From contig BTWA01000001.1 in NCBI GenBank assembly GCA_045863295.1, forward strand, positions 170,687 to 212,236: a DNA stretch of 41,550 nt, read 5' to 3'. This document shows positions 36,239 through 41,550 of this stretch, piece by piece. The DNA comes from Candidatus Hydrogenedentota bacterium. GTDB taxonomy: Bacteria > Hydrogenedentota > Hydrogenedentia > Hydrogenedentales > SLHB01. The notes beneath the pieces were generated by a model, which searched no databases, was not told where the DNA came from, and was given only the letters and a program-made list of their open reading frames with translations. Numbering within the stretch: the first letter of the stretch is position 1; the number at the start of each line of letters is the position of its first letter. Both the position numbers and the translations under genes were made by a program.

Positions 36239-36712
36239 CTATGTTCGAGTCAAGTGTTCAGACGGTTCCAACTCGTCGTCGCAGCGGCTCACAAGGTACG
36301 ATACGGTATCACTGGTCGAAAGCCTGCCGAGATCGACCAGAATCGCCGCCGCCAACTCGCACGCCAACTCCCGCGACGCGTTGAGCTGAATAGCGATTCC
36401 TCTTTCACTGTCGATCCATTCGACAGTGGCCGTCGTGTCAAGAGGCAAGTCAGCCAGAATGCGATCTATTCTTGCGGAAAGTTCGCAGAGTTGGATCGTC
36501 TCGGAGCCGGCTACAATCAGGTGTCTATTCCCATCGAGCGCGCAGATGCACACGACGCAATCATCGCCTGCCTTGAGCATGATCATTTGAGAGGGTGCAC
36601 ATAAGCGAGATTCCAAAACAGCGGGAACGCCCGCGAGGCGGACTCGCCGCCAATCGAACCTCTCGCGGAGAAAGGGTACTACGGAGACCAACCACCGCAG
36701 TCCCGTTGTCAT
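36239..36712 (-). CDS. Hypothetical protein, possibly a degenerate DapF C-terminal-half homologue
   Basis: The ORF fills the gap between the PagL-like gene and pabBC, and its stop abuts the pabBC stop. Weak AAGGG RBS. CALDGNRHLIV resembles DapF CANIGNPHAVV. Confidence 0.45.
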   Translation of the reverse strand: MTTGLRWLVSVVPFLRERFDWRRVRLAGVPAVLESRLCAPSQMIMLKAGDDCVVCICALDGNRHLIVAGSETIQLCELSARIDRILADLPLDTTATVEWIDSERGIAIQLNASRELACELAAAILVDLGRLSTSDTVSYLVSRCDDELEPSEHLTRT

Positions 36713-36760
36713 GAGCAGACCCTTAGTGTGCGGCACAAGGCAATGCGGATTCTATTTGTC

Positions 36761-37336
36761 CTAGAATCGATATCCCACCGCCACACCCACGCTGTTCGCG
36801 CCCGCGTTTCTTTCCGCGAGCCCGCCATTCGAGAGATGCTGGACTTGCAAGGTAACGTGCCAGTCGTTCTGAAATTCGTATCCCACGCCCGCCTGCAAGA
36901 GAAAATTCATGGAACCGGAATTGCCCTCGAACTTCCCATCGTGGCCAAGCAGCGACGCCGCGCCTTCCACATACCACGCGTCATACGCCTCCTTGAAATA
37001 ATAGCGCGTATCAATACCCACGCCGCCACCCCAGACTGTTTCCTCGGGGTCATCCTGAAGGTAGAGAAACAGGGGATACATGCGCAGGCCGAGTGTCATC
37101 CGCGCAGTAATTGGCCATTCGTACTCCGCATTGCCGGTAAACACCAAATCGCCCGTGCGGCTGCGACGTCCAGAATGAAAGCCCGTGGAAGCCGCCACTT
37201 CCGCACGCCACGAACCTTCGCCAAAATCCCCAAACAAAAACTCACGAATATCGGCATGCGCAGGGACGCTGAAACAGGCCGAGGCCACCGCAAAAACAAG
37301 ACCCGCCAGCAAGCTTTTCAATCCGCGATGTGTCAT
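36761..37336 (-). CDS. PagL-like (lipid A 3-O-deacylase/acyloxyacyl hydrolase family) outer-membrane beta-barrel
   Basis: Signal peptide ending AHA, alternating beta strands, the QHLSNGG....N.G.N His-Ser motif and a terminal Phe. AGGAG RBS. Confidence 0.82.
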   Translation of the reverse strand: MTHRGLKSLLAGLVFAVASACFSVPAHADIREFLFGDFGEGSWRAEVAASTGFHSGRRSRTGDLVFTGNAEYEWPITARMTLGLRMYPLFLYLQDDPEETVWGGGVGIDTRYYFKEAYDAWYVEGAASLLGHDGKFEGNSGSMNFLLQAGVGYEFQNDWHVTLQVQHLSNGGLAERNAGANSVGVAVGYRF

Positions 37337-37364
37337 GCGTCGCTCCTGGAGATGAGAATTAGTC

Positions 37365-37405
37365 CAACGTACGTTGATAATAAACCCACTGGATCAAAGG
37401 GTCAA
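37365..37405 (-). promoter_or_regulatory. sigma70 promoter plus a 12-bp palindrome for the PagL-like gene
   Basis: Minus strand TTGACC-17 nt-TATTAT, immediately followed by the perfect palindrome CAACGTACGTTG (37365-37376). Confidence 0.6.
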
Positions 37406-37540
37406 TTCCCCGAAAACAGAAGCAGTATCCTGCCCCATCCGTTCCACCGGCATCGGCGTCAGTCCCCCGCCTACTTCGTAACGACGCGGAATGCTGACGA
37501 ACAACCAGCGCGCAGTCTCAGACACGACAAGAAACCGTGT

Positions 37541-38761
37541 CTACTTTTGCGGTACACGCTTCACCTCGGTAATGTCCTTGCGCACCACTTCCCCAGGGAA
37601 ACTAACGGTGTGTGGCCACATTTTGCGGCCGGGATAAATCGAGGTGTTGATGCCTGTGTGCACGTGATCGGCGAAGATCGCGCCGCACTTGTTGCGGCCA
37701 GTGTCCACGGATTGACCTTTGACCGTGGTGGTGATGTTTTTGGCGTCATGCCGGAAATTGGCCGTAATCGTGCCCGCACCCAAATTGGCGTACTCGCCGA
37801 CGATGCTGTCGCCCACGTAACTGAGATGCGGCACGGCAGACCCGCGCATCAGAATCGAGTTCTTGATCTCAACAGCATGGCCCGCGCGTGTGCCGTCGCA
37901 AAGGGTGGTTCCCGGGCGCAGCCAGCAATTCGGGCCTACGGAGGCATTGCGGCCGATATAAACGGGCCCGTCGATGACAACGCCGCTGCGCACTTGCGCA
38001 CCCTCGGCTACGTACACGGTGCCGTTTAATTCCGCCCCCGGACTTACCTCGCCGTGGCGCTCGTTCTTCAAAAAATGCTCAATGAAGTACTCGTTCGCAC
38101 GCAACAAATCCCATGCATAACCGATTGGCAGCCAATAGCCTTCCATGGGCACAATGTGAAAAGGCGTTTGCCCAAGCAACGTTTCAATCGCGGACGTAAT
38201 TTCGATTTCACCGCGCTCGGAAGGCGCGGTCGATTCCAGTATCCTGAAGATGGATTTGGGCAGCTTGTAAGCCCCCACATTGCACAATGTAGAGATGATT
38301 TCCTTTGGCTTTTCAACGATGCGCGTGGCACGGCGGTCCGTATCCACGACATAGACGCCATACAATCGCGGGTCGGCAATTTCCTTGGCCAGCGCGCCTT
38401 GGGAATGCACAAGCAATTTCTTTACGTCGGAAGGGTCATACAAATCATCGCCGTTGAAAAGCAGAAAAGTATCGCTCGTTATGACGTCCGAGCATTGAAG
38501 CACCGCGTGGCCTGTGCCACGGGTCTCCTGCTGCACCACATATCGGATGGGGGTGCCTTCAAACGAACCCCCAAAATGCTCTTCCACCATTTCCCGCCTA
38601 TACCCGACGACAACGACCACCTCGGACACAAACGGCGCCACCGCACGGATCTGATGCGCCAGCAGCGGTTCGTTCAGCACCGGCAACATCGGCTTCGGCC
38701 GGGTCAGCGTCAACGGCTCCGTGCGCGTACTGGCGCCGGCGGCCATGAAAATGGCTTGCAT
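37541..38761 (-). CDS. glmU: Bifunctional sugar-1-phosphate nucleotidylyltransferase/acetyltransferase, archaeal-type GlmU
   Basis: AAG..TR..PLT..RPKPMLPV, S.RGEIEIT, hexapeptide repeats, and HLSYVGDS...NLGAGTITAN.RHD...VDTGRNK.GAI...TGIN. AGGAG RBS before ATG 38761. Confidence 0.8.
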   Translation of the reverse strand: MQAIFMAAGASTRTEPLTLTRPKPMLPVLNEPLLAHQIRAVAPFVSEVVVVVGYRREMVEEHFGGSFEGTPIRYVVQQETRGTGHAVLQCSDVITSDTFLLFNGDDLYDPSDVKKLLVHSQGALAKEIADPRLYGVYVVDTDRRATRIVEKPKEIISTLCNVGAYKLPKSIFRILESTAPSERGEIEITSAIETLLGQTPFHIVPMEGYWLPIGYAWDLLRANEYFIEHFLKNERHGEVSPGAELNGTVYVAEGAQVRSGVVIDGPVYIGRNASVGPNCWLRPGTTLCDGTRAGHAVEIKNSILMRGSAVPHLSYVGDSIVGEYANLGAGTITANFRHDAKNITTTVKGQSVDTGRNKCGAIFADHVHTGINTSIYPGRKMWPHTVSFPGEVVRKDITEVKRVPQK

Positions 38762-38918
38762 GGGGTCTCCTTTGTGCGTTGAAGCGGGATCGTATAGTAG
38801 GCGAACGCAAAGTGGCAATCTTGAGGCTCGACATCAACCGGCTCCACAATCCCTGCAAGCCATGGCAACTGGAACGCCTTGGACAACTTGGACCAAACTC
38901 CCAAACTCGCCGTACAAA

Positions 38919-38948
38919 TTGACTTGGCCAATTTTCGCTTGCTATACT
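38919..38948 (+). promoter_or_regulatory. sigma70 promoter for tRNA-Gln-prs-rplY-pth
   Basis: TTGACT-18 nt-TATACT with an extended TG and a GC-rich discriminator. Confidence 0.65.
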
Positions 38949-39095
38949 CCCGCGCTTGTTTGCGACGGGCGAATTGGGCGGATTATTGCCCATTTCCCGG
39001 CGCAGGCAGCCCTAAAGCGACTGATTCCCACGGTTCCACGGCGGTTCAAGCATGGGTCTTGACTTGTCGTAACCCGTTGGGGGCAAAGGCATTGC

Positions 39096-39170
39096 TGGGG
39101 AGTCGCCAAGTGGTAAGGCACCGGTTTTTGGTACCGGCACTCCTAGGTTCGAATCCTAGCTCCCCAGCCA
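39096..39170 (+). tRNA. tRNA-Gln (anticodon TTG)
   Basis: Cloverleaf with acceptor TGGGGAG/CTCCCCA, D-loop AAGTGGTAA, anticodon arm CCGGT-TTTTGGT-ACCGG, T-loop GTTCGAATC and encoded CCA. Confidence 0.97.
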
Positions 39171-39225
39171 TAACATAACATATTGACTTTATTTGAGTTG
39201 TGAATGACCTTGGGCGATTACGGCG

Positions 39226-40176
39226 GTGGCTTACAGTAGAAACGTGAAAGTCTTTAGCGGAACAGCGTCCCAGGCGTTGACCGAAGGGGTCTGCAAATAT
39301 TTGGAGATCCCGCCCGGCCGCGTCCTTATTGGCGAATTCAGCGACGGCGAGATCAAGCTGCAAGTTCACGAGAACATCCGCGGAAGCGATGTCTTTATCA
39401 TCAACTCCACATCGCCCCCGGTGAATCGCAACATCATGGAACTGTTGATTTTTATCGATGCGGCAAAGCGCGCATCCGTGGATCGGGTGACTGCGGTTAT
39501 CCCCTACTATGGCTACGCGCGACAGGACAGGAAAGACCGGCCCCGTGTGCCGATCACGGCCAAGCTGGTGTCGAATTTGTTGGTTGCGGCCGGTGTGGAT
39601 CGGGTGCTGACGGTGGATCTCCACTGCGGCCAGATTCAAGGTTTTTTTGATATTCCCGTCGATCACCTTAGTGGCGACGTTGTGTTTGTGAATCACCTGC
39701 TCGAACGCGGGTTGAACAAGAATACCGTGGTCGTTTCGCCGGATACAGGCAGCGTGGCCAGAATTCGCGATTTTGCCCGGCGGCTCGAAGTGCCTTTGGC
39801 CATCATCGATAAGCGGCGGCCCAAGGAAAACGAGTCGGAAGTGATGAACGTGATCGGAGAAGTCGAAGGCTTGCATGCCATTATCTTCGACGACATGATC
39901 GACACCGGTGGAACGCTCGTCAAAGCCGCCCAAGCCATCAAAAACCTGGGCGCCATTGACGTAATCGCCTGCTCGACGCACGGCGTATTCAGCGGTTCCG
40001 CCATTGAAAGAATACAGAATTCCGTACTGGACGAAGTCCTGGTGAGCGATTCGATTCCGCTTTCCGAAGCTGCGAGGCAATGCACCAAGATAAAGGTGCT
40101 GTCAATTGCGCCGCTTGTAGGCGAGGCCATTCGCCGGATTCACCAGGAAGAGTCCGTCAGCATATTGTTTCGATAA
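39226..40176 (+). CDS. prs: Ribose-phosphate pyrophosphokinase
   Basis: Motifs FSDGE, PYYGYARQDRK, DLH..QIQGFF, VVSPD.G, DDMIDTGGT. Confidence 0.98.
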   Translation: MAYSRNVKVFSGTASQALTEGVCKYLEIPPGRVLIGEFSDGEIKLQVHENIRGSDVFIINSTSPPVNRNIMELLIFIDAAKRASVDRVTAVIPYYGYARQDRKDRPRVPITAKLVSNLLVAAGVDRVLTVDLHCGQIQGFFDIPVDHLSGDVVFVNHLLERGLNKNTVVVSPDTGSVARIRDFARRLEVPLAIIDKRRPKENESEVMNVIGEVEGLHAIIFDDMIDTGGTLVKAAQAIKNLGAIDVIACSTHGVFSGSAIERIQNSVLDEVLVSDSIPLSEAARQCTKIKVLSIAPLVGEAIRRIHQEESVSILFR

Positions 40177-40202
40177 AGAAAGATTTGGAGGCCAGAAAAG
40201 CC

Positions 40203-40844
40203 ATGGAACTCAAGACACTGGAAGCCAAGCCCCGCACCGCCGGCGGCACAAATGCCGCAGGACGATTGCGCCGCGAAGGGGTTGTGCCCGGCGTGGTGTA
40301 TGGCCTCGGGCAGGATGCATCGTCGCTGACCGTCAACAAGCGCGAACTGACCAAGCTCCTGCATGACGCGGGCGAACACGCCGTCGTTAACATCGCCGTG
40401 CCGGATGCGCCTGCCATGAGCGGCCCCGCGCTCGTGAAAGATGTGCAGCATCACCCCGTGAAAGGCGATGTCGTGCATGTCGACTTCCTTCGCGTGAATC
40501 TGAAGGAGAAGCTGCAGACGGTTGTGCAGATTCTCCTTGTGGGCCGCTCGAAAGGCGTGCAGGACGGCGGCGTACTCGACCACCAGTTGCGTGAAGTCGA
40601 AGTGGAATGCCTTCCGACCAACGTCCCGGAACATTTGGAACTGGATGTATCGGAAGTCGGTATCGGCGACAGCCTCCACGTGTCGGATATCGTCGCGCCG
40701 GAAGGCGTCACGATTATCACCGAAGGCGAGCGCGCTGTATTGGCCGTGTTGACACCGCGCGTGGTCAAAACGGCCGCCGAAGAAGCCGCGGAAGCCGCGG
40801 CCGCTGCGGATGCCGCCGCCGCCGCACCCAAGACGGAAAGTTAA
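40203..40844 (+). CDS. rplY: 50S ribosomal protein L25/general stress protein Ctc
   Basis: Motifs LRREG.VPGVVYG, KDVQHHPV, HVDF, GV..GG.L, L.IGDSLHVSD. GGAGG before ATG 40203. Confidence 0.96.
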   Translation: MELKTLEAKPRTAGGTNAAGRLRREGVVPGVVYGLGQDASSLTVNKRELTKLLHDAGEHAVVNIAVPDAPAMSGPALVKDVQHHPVKGDVVHVDFLRVNLKEKLQTVVQILLVGRSKGVQDGGVLDHQLREVEVECLPTNVPEHLELDVSEVGIGDSLHVSDIVAPEGVTIITEGERAVLAVLTPRVVKTAAEEAAEAAAAADAAAAAPKTES

Positions 40845-40874
40845 TCCCGATCCCAGCCAGGAAAGGGTCGCGGC

Positions 40875-41459
40875 GTGAAGCTACTCGTTGGGCTGGGCAA
40901 TCCGGGTCCGCAATACCGCAATACGCGGCATAACGTCGGATTCCGGGTGGTGGACCGGTTGGCCGATCGGCTCGGCGCCGGGTTTGACCGTGAGAAGCAT
41001 CAGGCCTTGTGGGCGTCCGCGCGCGTTGACGGCGAAGAAATTGTGCTGGTCAAGCCGATGACATACATGAACCGCAGCGGCATTGCCGTGGCGGCGGCAG
41101 CCAGAAATCGCGTGCAGGATTTTGCTGCGGACTTTCTGGTCATCGTGGATGATGTGAATTTGCCGCTGGGCCGCCTGAGGTTTCGGGCCGAAGGCGCCGC
41201 AGGTGGGCATAATGGCCTGAAGTCTGTAGCGGAACAACTCGGCACAACGGCCTACGCCCGGTTGCGTCTGGGCGTGGACGCGAAAAGGCCAGGAAACGAT
41301 CTGGCTGATCACGTCCTGAGTTCATTCATGCCGGAAGAGGCGCCGGAGGTGGACCGCATGGTCGCGTGGGCCGTGGAAGGGGTGTTGACCTTCGTGCGCC
41401 GGGGAATCGCTCAGGCCATGAACGAGTTCAACGGCGCCCCGCCTGCAACGCCCGAATGA
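40875..41459 (+). CDS. pth: Peptidyl-tRNA hydrolase
   Basis: Motifs VGLGNPG..Y..TRHNVGF, KP.TYMN.SG, GGHNGLKS. Confidence 0.97.
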   Translation: MKLLVGLGNPGPQYRNTRHNVGFRVVDRLADRLGAGFDREKHQALWASARVDGEEIVLVKPMTYMNRSGIAVAAAARNRVQDFAADFLVIVDDVNLPLGRLRFRAEGAAGGHNGLKSVAEQLGTTAYARLRLGVDAKRPGNDLADHVLSSFMPEEAPEVDRMVAWAVEGVLTFVRRGIAQAMNEFNGAPPATPE

Positions 41460-41492
41460 ATTCGGGCAACGGATCGGATTGGAGCAGCAGTT

Positions 41493-41550
41493 ATGAAGCA
41501 GCATACCATCAGTGTCTTGGTCCAGAACCAGTTCGGCGTGCTCGCGCGCG
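41493..41550 (+). CDS. ilvN: Acetolactate synthase small (regulatory) subunit, 5' fragment
   Basis: MKQHTISVLVQNQFGVLAR matches the start of the IlvN/IlvH ACT domain. GGAG RBS. Only 19 codons are visible. Confidence 0.75.
   Translation, partial: MKQHTISVLVQNQFGVLAR

Noticed and set aside
36728..38029. 433 aa plus-strand ORF
   Set aside because: Antisense to the PagL-like and glmU genes, with no motifs.
39096..39225. Genomic island integrated at tRNA-Gln
   Set aside because: No integrase is present, I saw no duplicated tRNA 3' end, and prs follows directly.

Overview
A 41.5 kb, moderately GC-rich bacterial chromosomal segment. It is probably from Candidatus Hydrogenedentota or a similar PVC-like diderm; this is inferred from two DUF1559-type prepilin-like proteins, a CehA/McbA-like hydrolase, a planctomycete-type cytochrome c and FG-GAP and ankyrin proteins. 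Housekeeping genes include an M20 peptidase, gpmI, leuC/leuD, ddl-dapF-purN, a pabB-pabC fusion, an archaeal-type glmU and tRNA-Gln-prs-rplY-pth-ilvN. These are mixed with envelope and accessory genes. I saw no CRISPR array, prophage or transposase. The best candidate for an undescribed system is at 14.9-17.3 kb. A degenerate GGDEF (GGDAL) domain is fused to a C-terminal ribbon-helix-helix, and the gene is apparently transcribed leaderless. Its -35 box lies inside two tandem ACATATGT palindromes, which suggests an autoregulatory operator. The gene is followed by a lipoprotein carrying five copies of a 'KATFGL/RMTFGL' motif and faces away from a prepilin-like gene. Other oddities are a DapF whose second catalytic Cys is Ser, a possible degenerate half-DapF elsewhere, an SSS symporter with a ~105 aa inserted domain and small partner genes, a sigma54-driven membrane-anchored Hsp20, and an ankyrin lipoprotein inserted between leuC and leuD. 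All calls were made by eye without database searches.
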